DNA of 64,000 nt from Heptranchias perlo (Eukaryota), in assembly GCF_035084215.1 (NCBI RefSeq), contig NW_027139453.1, positions 8,866,001-8,930,000 on the forward strand. The letters run 5' to 3'. The translations under genes were made by a program, and so were the position numbers. Below, piece by piece: positions 35,071-48,049 of this stretch. The notes under the pieces are model-generated. The model made no database searches and was not told the origin of the DNA. It was given only the letters and a program-made list of their open reading frames with translations. Positions within the stretch are counted from its first letter, which is position 1. The number at the start of each line of letters is the position of its first letter.

Positions 35071-36849
35071 GAACAAGGATGAGAATTTGAAAATCAAGGT
35101 GTTGCCAGAAGAAGGGGCAAAAATAATTTATTCATTTATCTCATAGTTTCTCTTCATTTTTCACGACTAACTCTGTTCTGCACTATAGCCCTTGAAACTT
35201 CAACTAAGTTTCCGATATGAAAACGGCGCCTCCAAGTATTAAAGTAAGTTGCCCCTGTTATACCAGAGCTCCCCACAGCGATACTTGATAGAAGATGATT
35301 GCATTGAAACGAAAGGTCGTGATGGCTATGGTAAAGTCGCAGCCTTCACGTATAATGATACATTATCGTCGGTTTTAACAAAGAAATTAACTAGTTTCAA
35401 ATAAATTAATGCCAGAATAGCAGATAGAAGAATGCCATGCACGTTAAGCGTGCGAGGGTAATATCAGGATGATAGATCTGGCAGTCCCTGGATCGTTTTT
35501 GATCCAGTGGAAGGTGATATTTCTGAACTTATATGATTGTTGAGACTCGATGAAGTAACTTTAGACAATAGAACGTATGTAAGATATAACCAATTCCCTC
35601 TCACCCACTGTATGCTTAATACACCACCCCCATCTGGTTCAAATCTATGAATTAAGTTAAGTTCCTATTTTTCATCCAGGTGAATCAATAAAAGAGTAGA
35701 ACTATCAATGAGAGTAAATTTAATAATATTCCAACTATATTGATATTATTTTGAAACGGTTCAGGAGGCGCCATCTCTACAAACGCTTTAGAAATGTTAC
35801 CCTTAATTATTGGGGATTCAGGTGGTTTCGAGACCGAACAGATTCAATCACGGGAAAAGAAATAAACATTTAACGTGTAAACAATACTTATAAACACATT
35901 GGCGTTAATGAATTCGAACAACACCAACAATTAGAAGAAAGAAGGAACTTGCATTTCTAATCACGCCTTTTACGATCTCAGGACGTCCCAACGCGCTTAA
36001 CAGCCAATGAAGTATTTTTGATGTACAGTCTCTATTTTAAAGCAGGAAAACCGGCACTAATATGCGAACAGCAAGATCCCACTGTAATGAGATCACTTTT
36101 AGTGATGTTCGTTGAGGGATAAATATTGGCCCAGGACACCGAGGACAACTCTCATGCTCTTCTTCCAATAGTGGCCGTGGGATCTTTAACGTCCACCCCC
36201 GAGGGCAGAAGGGGCCTCGGTTTAACATCTCATCCGAAAGACAGGAATCTCCGACTGTGCAGCGCTCCCTCAGTACTGCCCCTCCGACAGTGCAGCACTG
36301 CCTCAGTACAGCCCCTCCGACAGTCCAGCACTCACTCAGTACTGACCCTCTGACAGTGCAGCACCAGCTCAATACTGCTCCCCCCGACAATGCAGCATTC
36401 CCTCAATACTGACCCTCTGACAGTGCAGCGCTCCCTCAGTACTGAACCTCCGACAGTGCATCGCTCGATCAATACTGACCCTCCAACAGTGCAGCACTCA
36501 CTCAGCAGTGACCCTCCGACAGTGCAGTACTCCCTCAGTACTGACCCTCCGACAATGCAGCACGCCCTCAGTAGTGACCTTCCAACATTGCAGCGCTCCC
36601 TCACTACTGACTCTCCAACAGTGCAGCGCTCCCTGAGTAATGACCCTCCAACAGTTTTGCACTGCCTCAGTACTGACACTCCGACAGTGCAGCGCTCTCT
36701 CGGTACTGATCCTCCGACAGTGCAGTGCTCCCTCAGTACTGCCAAGAAGTCAAGCAAACCGCAGGATTTGGAGAGTTTTTGGAATCAGCAAAAGGTGACC
36801 AAAGTGTTGATAAAGTGGGAGATATTAGAATGTAAGATTTGGACTTAAA

Positions 36850-39800
36850 GGAAAGAGGGTAGCGAATGGAAACGTGAGCCCCTTAGAGGCTGAGACAGGG
36901 GAAATTATAATTGGGAGTAAGTAACTGGCAGAGACGTTAAACACATATATTGTATCTGTCTTCACAGTGGAAGATACAAAAGATAATGGGGATCCAAGGG
37001 TCTTTCGAGAGTGTGGGACTTAAAGTAATTAATATTGGTAAAGAAAAATTAATGGAGAAATTAATGGGACTAAAAGCTGACAAATCCACGGGACCTGATG
37101 GCCTACATCTGAGGGATCTAAAAGGGGTGGCTGCAGAGATAGTGGATGCAAGGATTGATAGTTGTGATCTATCAAAATTCACTAGATTCTAGAATGGTCC
37201 CAATGGATTGGACGACAGCAAATATAACAACGCTATTCAAGAAAGGGTGAGAGAGAAAGCCTGAGGGGGAGTTAGCCTGACATCAGTCGTCTGGAAAATG
37301 CTGGAATCCATTGCAGTAACATGGCATTTATAGAATCTTAATATGATTAGGCAGAGTCAAGAGAGTTTGATGAAAGAGAAATCGTGTTTGACAAATCTAT
37401 TAGAGTTTTTTAAAGATGTAACTAGCAGCGTAGATAAAGGGAACCAGTCGGCGTAGTGTATCTCGATTTTCAAAAGGCATTCGATAATTTGCCACACAAA
37501 AGATTTATCACACAAGATAAGGGCTCATGGGGATGGGGTGATATATTAGAATGGAAAGAGGATTGGTCAACGGACAGAAAGCAGAGAGTCGGGATGAACG
37601 TGTCATTTTCAGGTTGGCAGGCTGTATCCAATGGGCTGCCAAAAATATTGGTGCTGGGGCCTCAGCTATTTACAAACTATATTAATGACTTAGATGAAAG
37701 GACCGAGTGTGATGTATCCAATTTCGCTGGCGATAGAAAGATGGGTGGGAAAGGAAACTATGAGGAGGACACCAAGAGTCTTCAAAGAGATATAGACAGG
37801 TTAAGTGAGTGGGCAAGAAGGTGGCAGATTGAGTATAATGTGGGGAAATGTGGGGTTATTTACTTTGGTAGGAAGAATAGAAAAACAGAATATTTTTAAA
37901 TGGTTCGAAACTGTTCAATATTGGTCTTCAGAGAGATTTGGGTGTCCCTGTACACGAAGCATAGAATGCAGGTCCAGAATGCAATTGGGAAGGCAAATGG
38001 TATAATAGACTTTATTGCAAGGGGACAGTCAGGAAGTCTTGCTGAAATTGTACAGGGCTTTGGTGAGACCACAATGTGCACAGTTTTGGTCTCCTTACTT
38101 AAGGAAGGATAAATCTGTCTTACAGACGGTGCAACGAAGGTTCACTAGATTGATCCCTGGGATGAGAGGTTATCCTATGAGGAGAGATTGAGTAGAATGG
38201 TCCTATACTGTCTCGGGTTTCGAAGAATGAGATGTGACCTAATTGAAACATATAAGATTCCGAGGAAGCTTGACAAGGTGGATGTTGAGAGGCTGCTTCC
38301 CCTGGCTGGAGAGTCTAGAACCAGGGGTCATAGTCTCAGGATAGGGGTTGCAAATTTAGAACTGAGATGAGAAGGAAGTTCTTCACTCAGAGGTTTGTGA
38401 ATCTTTGGAATTCCCTACCCCAAAGGGCTGTGGATTCTGAGTCGTTGAGTATATTTAAGACTGAGATAGATAGATTTTCGTCTCAAGGGGAATCAAGGGA
38501 CATGGGGATCGGGCGGGAAAGTGGAGTTGAGGTCGAAGATCAGCCATGATAAAATTGATTGGCGGAGTAGGCTCGAGGGGCCGTATGGCCTACTTCTGCC
38601 AATAGTTCCTATGCTCTTATGTTCTTATGCACTGCCTTCACCCCGCCAAACATTGCGGTACTCCCTCAGTACTGCCCCTCCCACAGTGCAGCACTGCCTC
38701 GTTACTGACCCTCCGACAGTGCAGTACTCCCTCAGTATTGAACATCCGACAGTGCAGCCCTCGCTCAGTACTGACCCTCCGACCGTGCAGCCCTCCCTCA
38801 GTACTGACTCTCCGACATTGCAGCACTCGCTCAGTACTGACCGTCCGACAGTGAAGCACTCCCTCAGTATTGGCACGAGGAGTGTCGACCTGGGATTGTT
38901 GGGCTCGAGTCTCAGGAGTTTCATTCGAACCCACGACCCTCTGACACGGAGGCTCATTGATTTCTGCAACTCAAAAAAGAGGCTCGGTCCCAGCTGCCTT
39001 TTGGTTACCTTTTTCTGAAGTTATAACCTTCCTTCTTATTCCCAACAATATCAGATTTAAATGAGAACAGAGGCAACGTTTGTTTGCATATTTGTAGGAC
39101 TTCTATCACATTCAGTAACGATCAGCGTAGAAAACAAGGCTCCGTTGCTTTCCTGCAAACCATATCATGTCTCGACATACGTCACAAAAAGTCTCGTTAC
39201 GTCATGCCAATTCACGGTACATGCAGGCACAGCAAGCAATTAGAAAAGTAAATGGCATGTTGGCCTTTATTGCAGGGTGGTTTGAGTACAAGAGTAAGGA
39301 ATTCTTGCTGCAATTGTACAGGGCTTTGGTGAGACCTCACCTGAAGTACTGTGTACAGATTTGGTCTCCTTATCTAAGGAATGATATATTTGCCATATAG
39401 GCGGTGCAACGAAGGTTCACTAGATTGATCCCTGGGATGAGAGGGTTGTCTTATGAGGAGATAGATTTCCTCATTAAGATGGAGAGTGAAGTAGTTGAAT
39501 CCGAAATTATGTTCCTGGATCTAAATATAGGAAATTACGAAAGTATGAAGTGCGAGTTGGCTATGATTGATTGATGAACTTTACTAAAAGGGATGACGGT
39601 GGATAGGCAATGGCTAATATTTAAAGAACGTGTGCAGGAATTACAACAATTATTCATTCCTGCTGGTGCAAAAATAAAACAGGAAAGGAGGCTCAACCGT
39701 GGCTTACAAATGAAATTAGAGATAGCATTAGATCCAAAGAGGAGGCATGTAAAATTGCCAGAAAAAGCGGCATGCCTGAGGATTGGGAGCAGTTCAGAAT

Positions 39801-42030
39801 TCAGCAAAGGAGGACAAAGAGATTGATTAAGAGAAGAAAATAGAGTATGAGAGTAAACTAGCAGGGAACATAATAACTGACGATAAAAGCTTCTATAAAT
39901 ATGTGAAGAGAAAAAAATAGTGAAGACAAATGTAGGTCCCTTGCAGTCAGAAATGGGGGAAGTAATAATGGGAACAAAGAAATTGCAGAACAATTAAACA
40001 CATACTTTGGTTCTGTGTTCACAAAGGAGGACACAAATAACCTGCCAGAAATCTTAGGGAACCAAGGGTCTGGTGAGAGGGAGGAACTGAAGGAAACTAG
40101 TATTAGTAAAATAAATAGTGCTAGGGAAAGTAATGGGGCTAAAGGTTGTAAAATCCCCAAGGCCTGATAATCTACATCCCAGAGTACTAAATGAAGAGGC
40201 CGTGGAAATAGTGGATGCATTGGTGATCATCTTCTAAAATTCGATAGATTCTGGAACAGTTCCTACAGATTGGACGGTGGCAAACGTAATCCCACTATTT
40301 AAAAAAGGAAAGAGAGAAAAAACAGGGAATTACAGACCAGTTAGCCTAACATCAGTATTGGGGAAATTGCTGGAGTCTATTACAAAAGATGTGATAACAG
40401 AACACTTGGCGGGGATTAACGGGATTGGACAAAGTCAGCATGGGTTTATAAAAGGGAAATCATGCTTAACAAATCGACTGGAGTTTTTTGATGATGTAAC
40501 TAGTAGAATAGATAGGGGAGAACCCGTGGATATGGTGTATTTGGATTTTCAAAAGGCTTTTGATAAGGTCCCACACAAGAGGTTCGTGTGCAAAATTAAA
40601 GCACGTGGGATTGGGGGCAATATACTGGCATGGGTTGAGAATTGGTTGACAGACAGGAAACAGAGAGTAGGAATAAACGGGTCTTTTTCCGGGTGGCAGG
40701 CAGTTACTAGTCGGGTACCGCAGGGATCAGTGCTTGGGCCCCAGCTATTCATAATATATATCAATGATTTGGATGAGGGAACTAAATGTAGCATTTCCAA
40801 GTTTGCAGACGAAACAAAGCTGGCGTGGAATGTGAGCTGTGTGAAGGATGCAAAGAGGCTCCAATGTGATTTGGACAAGTTGGGTGAGTGGGTAAGAACA
40901 TGGCAGATGCAGTAAAACGTGGATAAATGTGAGATTATCCACTTTGGTTGTAAAAACAAAAAGGCAGAATATTATCTGAATGTTGATAGGTTGGGAAAAG
41001 GGGAGGTGCAGCGAGATCTGGGTGTCCTTGTGCACCAATCGCTGAAAGCGAGCATTCAGCGGCAGCAAGCAGTTAAGAAGGCGAATGGTATGTTAGCCTT
41101 CAATGCAAGATGATTTGAGTACAGGAGCAGGGATGTCTTACTGCAGTTATACAGGGCCTTGGTGAGACCACATCTGGTGTATTGTGTGCAGTTTTGGTCT
41201 CCTTATCTGAGGAATGATGGCATGCCATGGAGAGAGTGCAATGATGGTTTACCAGACTGATTCCTGGGATGGCAGGACTGACGTATGAGAAGTGATTGGG
41301 TCGATTAGGCCTATATTCACCAGTGTTTAGAAGAATGAGAGGTGATCTCATCGAAACATATAAAATTCCAACAGGATTAGACAGATTAGATGCAGGAAGG
41401 TTGTTCCCGATGGCTGGTGAGTCCAGGACCAGGGGTCACAGTCTCAGGATATGGGGTATGCCATTTAGAACCGAGATGAGAAGACATTTATTCACTCAGA
41501 GGTGGGTGAACCTGTGGAATTCTCTACCACAGAAGGCAGTGGAAGGGATCAAAGGATATGGGGTAAAAGTGGGAACGGAGTACTGAGTTAGACGATCAGC
41601 CAGGATCACTTTGAATGGCGGGGCAGGCCCCAGGGTCCGAATGGCCTACTCTTCCTCCTATTTTCCATGTTTCTATGTTTCTATTAAATTTTGAGTAGAA
41701 TGGGCTTTTTCTGTCTGGTGTTTCGAAGAATGAGAGCTAAACTCATTGAAACATATCAGATTCTGAGTGGGGTTGACAGTGTAGATGCTGAGTGGATGTT
41801 TCCCCTGGCTGGAGAGTCTAGAAGTCGGGCGCATAGTCTCAGGATAAGGGGTCGGCCATTTAGACTGAGATTAGGAGGAATTTCTTCAATCAGCGAGTTG
41901 TGAATCTTTGTAATTCTCTACCCCAGAGGGCTCTGGATGCTCAGTCGTTGATTATATTCAAGGCTGAGGTCGATAGATTTTTCGACTCTCGGGGAATCAA
42001 GGGATATGGGGATCGGGCGGGAAAGTGGAG
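36850..42030 (+). mobile_element. Series of degenerate CR1 RT/3' fragments
   Basis: ORFs 37456..37899, 40277..40915 (YRPVSLTS, YLDFQKAFD, FADET) and 41296..41586. Confidence 0.88.
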
Positions 42031-43034
42031 ATAAGAACATAAGAACTTAAGAAATAGGAGCAGGAGTAGGCCAGCCGACCCCTCGAGCCTGCTCCGCCAT
42101 TCAATCAGAGCATGGCCGCTCCGTATCTTAACTCTATTCACTATCTTGGTTATGTAACCTTTAATAAGCTTTGCTAAGAAAGATCTATCAATCAGTTCCA
42201 GATTTCCTCTAAACTTAGTGTGAAGAAGTTCTTCCTGACATCACCGCTGAACGGCCTAGCTCTAATTTTAAGGTTTTGCTCCTTTTTTTCTAGACTCTCC
42301 CAACCAGCGGAAATAGTTTCCCTTTATTTACCTTATCAACTGCTTTAATCGTCTTAATCACCTCAATTAGTTCAGCCCTTAATCTTCCATACTCGAGCTT
42401 ACCTAATCACATAGCATTTCATAAAATTTACAGCACAGAAACAGGCCATTCGGCCCACCTGGTCTTTGCCGGTGTTTATGTTTCACACGAGCCTCCGTCC
42501 ACCCAACTTCATCTCACCCTATCAGCAAATCCCTCTATTCCCTTCACCCTCTTGTACTTATCCAATTTCCCTTGAAAATAAACTTTTCTATTCACCTCAA
42601 CTATTCCTTGCGGCAGCGGGGTCCACATTCGAACCACTTTCTCAGTTAAAAGGCTCCTCCTGAATTCCCTATTGCATTTATTGTGACTATTTTATATTCA
42701 TGGCCCCATGATTTATACACCCCCACGAATGGAAACATCTTCTCTACGTGTAACCTATAAAACCCTTTCATGATCATAGAGATCTCTAGAAGGTCAACCT
42801 AACGTCATTATCACATTGTTATTTTGGGGATTTGCTGTGTGTAAACTGCTTACCGCGTTGTCCTATCTTACAACAGTTACCACACTTCCTTAAACAATGT
42901 ATTTCACTGGCTGTGAGGCACTATGGGACGACATGGGGTCATGAAAGGCCCTTTATAAATGCAAGGCCGTTCTTTCCTCACGTTGCAACGCGGTGGGTTT
43001 TTGACTGGCCGTTGAACGAGTCTGCATCGCTGTG

Positions 43035-43337
43035 TATCTGCAGTCGCACAGTAATACACCGCCGTGTCTGCAGGTGCGGCCCTGGGCACCTTTAGACTAG
43101 AGTTTCTATCACCGTTTCCAGTAATTTCAAAATGGGTTTGATCCTTCTCTTCGTAATGAATCGTTCCTCCGACTTGTATATAGCCGATCAAGGTGAGACC
43201 TTGTCCAGCCGATAGGCGATACCAGAGGATGGATTGAGGTGTAGCGTCCCGTTCATAGCAGTTTATTGCTGCGAGTTTGCCTTCGGGAATCACCAGTGTT
43301 AGTGGCCTTTGAAGAGGCAGCAATCCTTGCGTTGGAT
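43035..43337 (-). CDS. TRBV: TRBV exon V4 (LQRP...NC...WYRL...YYCATAD), apparently functional
   Basis: Open frame; acceptor CATTAG; RSS CACAGCG 43028-43034 / 23 / TCAAAAACC 42996-43004. Confidence 0.93.
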
Positions 43338-44108
43338 CTAATGAAACAAAGGAAGAAAATTTATGGAATCAGACGGTACGGAAGGAGGCCATCCGGCCCA
43401 CTGTGCTGTGCTGGCTCTCTGCACGAGATATCTAATTAGTCCCACGCATATCTGCTCTTTCCCCATGGCCCTGCAAAGTTCTCCCTGTCAAGTATATATC
43501 GAATTCCCATTTGAAAGTTACAATTTAATCTGTTTATCACAGTATCATATTAGGTACTGCACAGGAGGAGGCTATTCGGCCCATCATGCCTGTGGCGGCT
43601 CTTTGAAATAGCTATCCAATTAGTCCCACTCCGCTGCTCTTTCCACATAGTCCTGTATATTTTTACCCTTGAAGCATTTATCCAATTCCATTTTGAAATT
43701 TCCGATTCAATCTGGTTGCATCACCCTTTCGGACAGTGCATTCCGGATCATTGCAACTCGCTGCGTAAAAAAGGCATTCTCCTCATCTCACCTCTGCTCC
43801 TTTTGCAAATTATCTTACATCTGTGTCTAACATTTGTAGCGAAATGTCGTGGCTCCGCCAGAAGAACAACTCAATTGCAAGTGAAATAAGTCCCAACAAC
43901 ATCCGATCAACATGTAACATGTATTATCTTAACTCGCTCCATGTCCCGTTCACCTAACACCCCCTGTGCTCGCTGATTTCCACTGGATCCCGGTCCACCA
44001 AAGCCTCGCTTTTAAAATTCTCAGCCTTATTTTCAAATCCCTCCGTGGCCTCGTCCCTCCCTATCTCTGTAACTCCAAAAAAGTCTGATTTCAATGCAGG
44101 ATACTCAC

Positions 44109-44154
44109 ACGGCATGAGAAGTGGACAAATAGCTAATATAAAATATATTTGCAT
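44109..44154 (-). CDS. TRBV: V4 leader exon (MQIYFILAICPLLMP)
   Basis: 46 nt; phase-1 GTGAG donor 44104-44108; ETS/CRE-like CCGGAAGTGACATC at 44261-44274. Confidence 0.88.
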
Positions 44155-45427
44155 TTTGGATGGAAAATTCCCGAATCCGTTGCTGCAAAGATCGTGTTCT
44201 CACACCGAGTGCCTCCGATTGGATCAGAATTGCAGTCCAGGTCCGCACCCAAGCCATGCCCCGGAAGTGACATCTTTTCCACGGAAGGCACGTCGACGTT
44301 CGCGTTGCGTCTTGCCTTTCAATCGTGCGTTGGTGCTGGTGTTTTCTGCGGATAGTTTAAAACATAAATTTCGGGCTGAGGACAAAATGGGCGTAGATCA
44401 GAATTAGTCTGTAACAACCACAATGCCACCTTGCATTTCTAAAGCGCCTTTAACGAGAGCTTTGGGAAGCACAGGTCCAAAGTCACATGTTCCTCCTACT
44501 TTCAACAAGTCATGTCTCGAAATACTCAGAGACTGCATTGCAGAATGTTATTTATAATTGGGCTAGAAATGTCTGCCGTGGGTCAGTTGGTATCACTCTC
44601 ACCTTTGAGTCAGAATTTTCTGGGAGCTGGGTTCTGGCATTCCCAATCCAAAGATTTGAGCCCCGGATTCTGCCTGACGCTCCAGTGCAAAACTGAGGGA
44701 GTGCTGCACTGTCAGAGGGTCAGTGCTGAGGGAGTGCTGCAATGTCGGATGGACAGCCCTGGGAGAGCGCTGCGCTATCAGAGTGGCAGTACTCAGGGAG
44801 CGCTGCATCGGCGAAGGGGCAGAGCTGAGGGAGCGCTGCACTGTCCGAGGGTCATGACTGAGGGAGCGGTGCACTGTCGGAGCGTCAGTACTGAGGGATT
44901 ACTGCACTGTCGGAAGGTCACTACTGGGTTAGTGCTGCACTGTCAGAGGCTCAGTACTGAGGGAGTTCTGCTTTCTGGGAGATGACTCTTTCGGATGAGA
45001 CGTTAAACCGACGGCCCCTTTTGCCCTCTCAGGTGGGTGCAAAAGATTCCAAGAAGATAGTCTCGAGGAAGAGCAGCGGTGTTCCCCCCCGCCCCCCACC
45101 CGGTGTCCAGGGGCCAAAATTTATCCGTAAACCAACATCACTAAAATGATCAGATGATCTGGTCATTATCAAATTCTTGTTTGTTGGATCTTGCTGTGCG
45201 CAAATTTGTTGCTGCGATTCCTACGTTGCAACAGTGACAATACTTCACCTAAAAAGTACGTCTTTGTCTGAAAAGCGCCTTGGGACGTCGAAAGCGCTTT
45301 AGAAATATAAATTCGTTGGTTTGTTTAGTGAGTTGTTCACATGATACCTGGTCACGGGTGGTAATAAGTTCACGGCGGGAAGATGGGCGTGTTTTGTATT
45401 ATACTGCGGCTGGTTTGGGTCACTTTG

Positions 45428-45715
45428 CGATAATCGCCCAACAGTAATAGCTCGTAGAATCTGTCAGCTCGGAGCCATTCAGGTGCAGGGTAAAGGGTTT
45501 TTTTGATGCTTCAAGTTGCGCTGCGAATCAGTTCGGGCCCAAAGCTGCCTTACTCATTGCACATTCACCCTATTGCCTCTCTCCCTTGCCTGTTCCAGGA
45601 CACGCTGTGGTTGCTCATGCTCGCTCTCTTCAAACTGCAGCCGACAGTGAGTGGTTCTTAATGTCGAATAGCTGCCTCGGTGGATGACTGGACCACAGTG
45701 GGTGCAGCCCGAAAC
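45428..45715 (-). pseudogene. V pseudogene V5 (PTVVQS..*EPLTVGCSLKRASMSNHSVSWNRQ..*FAAQLEASKKPFTLHLNGSELTDSTSYYCWA), V-delta-like
   Basis: Cys/Trp/YYC framework with stops (45658-45660, 45565-45567, 45528-45530) and a frameshift; heptamer mutated to CAAAGTG 45421-45427 / 23 / ACAAAACAC 45389-45397; missed by the ORF track. Confidence 0.85.
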
Positions 45716-45914
45716 CTTAGATTAGATATTAAACAAAATAACAATGACAAAAGCCAAGAGAGGACCGAACTGTTCAAGTGAAGCATGAGACAAGGTTGCT
45801 CTCCTTCCCGATAACTTTCGCTTCTACACTTTGTGTCTGAGCCCAGTCGCTAACGTTTCTTCTATGGTGATGGAGCGATGCAGGCGAGCAGAGTCCGGTT
45901 ACATCCACGTCCTG

Positions 45915-46420
45915 AAACACACACACACTCACAAGCGCACAAACACTGACGCACAGATACACACTCACACATGTAAACATACACACATGCACACCAACAC
46001 ATACATACACACAGAAACGCTCTCAAACTCCGACACAACCACACACACGCACTCAGTGACACACACACAGAAGCACGTCAAACACATCCAAAAATATACA
46101 TACAGACACATACGTACACACATACACACTCTCACGCACACATGCTCACACAATACACTCACACATGCACACACTGAGACACACAATACACTCACAAACT
46201 CACANNNNNNNNNNNNNNNNNNNNNNNNNNNNNNNNNNNNNNNNNNNNNNNNNNNNNNNNNNNNNNNNNNNNNNNNNNNNNNNNNNNNNNNNNNNNNNNN
46301 NNNNNNNNNNNNNNNNNNNNNNNNNNNNNNNNNNNNNNNNNNNNNNNNNNNNNNNNNNNNNTCACACACAAACTCACACACACATTCACTCTGACACACA
46401 CTGACACACACTCGCACACT
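45915..46420. repeat. (CA)n-like microsatellite containing the assembly gap
   Basis: CA-rich tract; N run 46205-46361 (157 N). Confidence 0.97.
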
Positions 46421-48049
46421 CAAATAAATACATGGACTTTCCATCGGGAAATATTGCCTTCAGCAGCCGGAGTTGTACATAATTTGAACTCTGCAGCCCA
46501 CGGTAAACTGAAACCAACCTTAAGAGCGAGGGCGGACAACTCAGTGCAGGCCCAAGATAAAATCTGGGTGATCCGCTGGCCTGTAAGGAACAATACCTGG
46601 CCGAAACCGGATATTGTTTTCATGGCAGCTGGGAGAAGCTAAGCTCCAGAACTAATTAAAATAAATGATTGAAATAGTAACATTTTGTTCGATTCCAACT
46701 GTCTTGCAAACTAATTTCCCGTCATAGATTAACACGGGTTCGGTTTTAAGGTGTCAGCCTTGGCTGAGATGCTAGCACTTTCGCCTTCTGAGTTACATGG
46801 TTGTGGGTTCAATGCTCCCGACAGGGACTCGAGCACAAAATCCAGGGCGATGCTCCTGGTCAGTACTCAGAGAGTGCTGCACTGTTGGAGGTGCCGACTT
46901 TTGGATGAGACTTTAAACCGAGGCCCTCTCAGGTGGACGTGAACGATCCGACAGCCACTAGAAGGGGAGTTCTCGCTGTGCTTTGAGCCAATCGTTACCT
47001 CTCAACGAACATCAATAAAAAGGAAGTTATCTGGTTATTATGTCATTGATGTTTGTGGGATCTTGCTGTGCTCAAATTGGCTGCCATATTCCCTACATTA
47101 CAAGAGTGACTGCACTTCAAAAAGTACGTCAATGGTTGTGACGCGCTTCAAGCCGTCCTGAGATCACCTGATGACAAAACACTTCCACAAAATCCATTGT
47201 CTGAGCGATAAGGTGACAAAGATTGAGGCCATTCGACTTGAGAAACACACGGCCTTTCTCGCGAGGAGACAGGGAGCGTTATTTATCGACAACAGCAAAA
47301 TTGCTCTCACTCAAGGGAAATGCCAGCGGATGTGACGAATTACGCTGGAAAACCGACGAGCCAATCATGTGGTTGGATCACAAAAGTCAACAGATTGAAC
47401 AAATGAGAAGCATTTCCTGTGATGCCCTTGTGTTTGCGAAATCCTGAACACGGGTTTAAGACAATAGAATCGTAGTACCTTACAGCACAGAATGAGGCCA
47501 TTCGGCCCATCGTGCCTGTTCCGGCTCTTTGAAAGAGCTCTCCAATTAGTCCCGCTTCCCACGCTCTTTCCCCACAGTTCTGTAAAACTTATGTTCGTTA
47601 ATTCTAGCAAAATTGCCTAGGTTATGACATCTATCTCTTTCTTTAGTTCTTCCTTTCTTTCTTTCCTTCTTTATTTATTTTCCATCATTCCTTCCTCATT
47701 TAGTCAGCTCTGAGCAAAAACTAAATTGGATTTGATATTCCACCAGCGTTCTCCAAGTTTCCTACCAGAGCTTGAACGGGAGAGGGCTGTGAAGGGGAGT
47801 ATTAGGAAAAATAACTTCACAATACAGAAGTCGGTATTAATATCTTTGTATTATAAGAATGTTCCCGTGGGATCGAAGCTTAACATATGGTTTAGATTAG
47901 GTTGTTAGCATTGCACAGGTGAAAGCTAAGCAAGGAAGGAGATGTCAGTTAAAGGCAATTTAAGAAGCTGGTTTGTGTAAAGAATTATAGCCTATTTTGG
48001 AGACAATATCTCTTTGCTTCAGTTGTTATCATGCTATTCAGGTGTGATG

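Noticed and set aside
35160-35390. Possible highly decayed V (minus strand SFQCNH...LWYNRG)
   Set aside because: Cys and Trp are in different frames, with multiple stops and no YYC or RSS; needs a profile-HMM search
47311-47368. Candidate leader for V5 (MIGSSVFQRNSSHPLAFPL, phase-1 GTGAG)
   Set aside because: Not hydrophobic enough and 1.6 kb away across an assembly gap; cannot be supported
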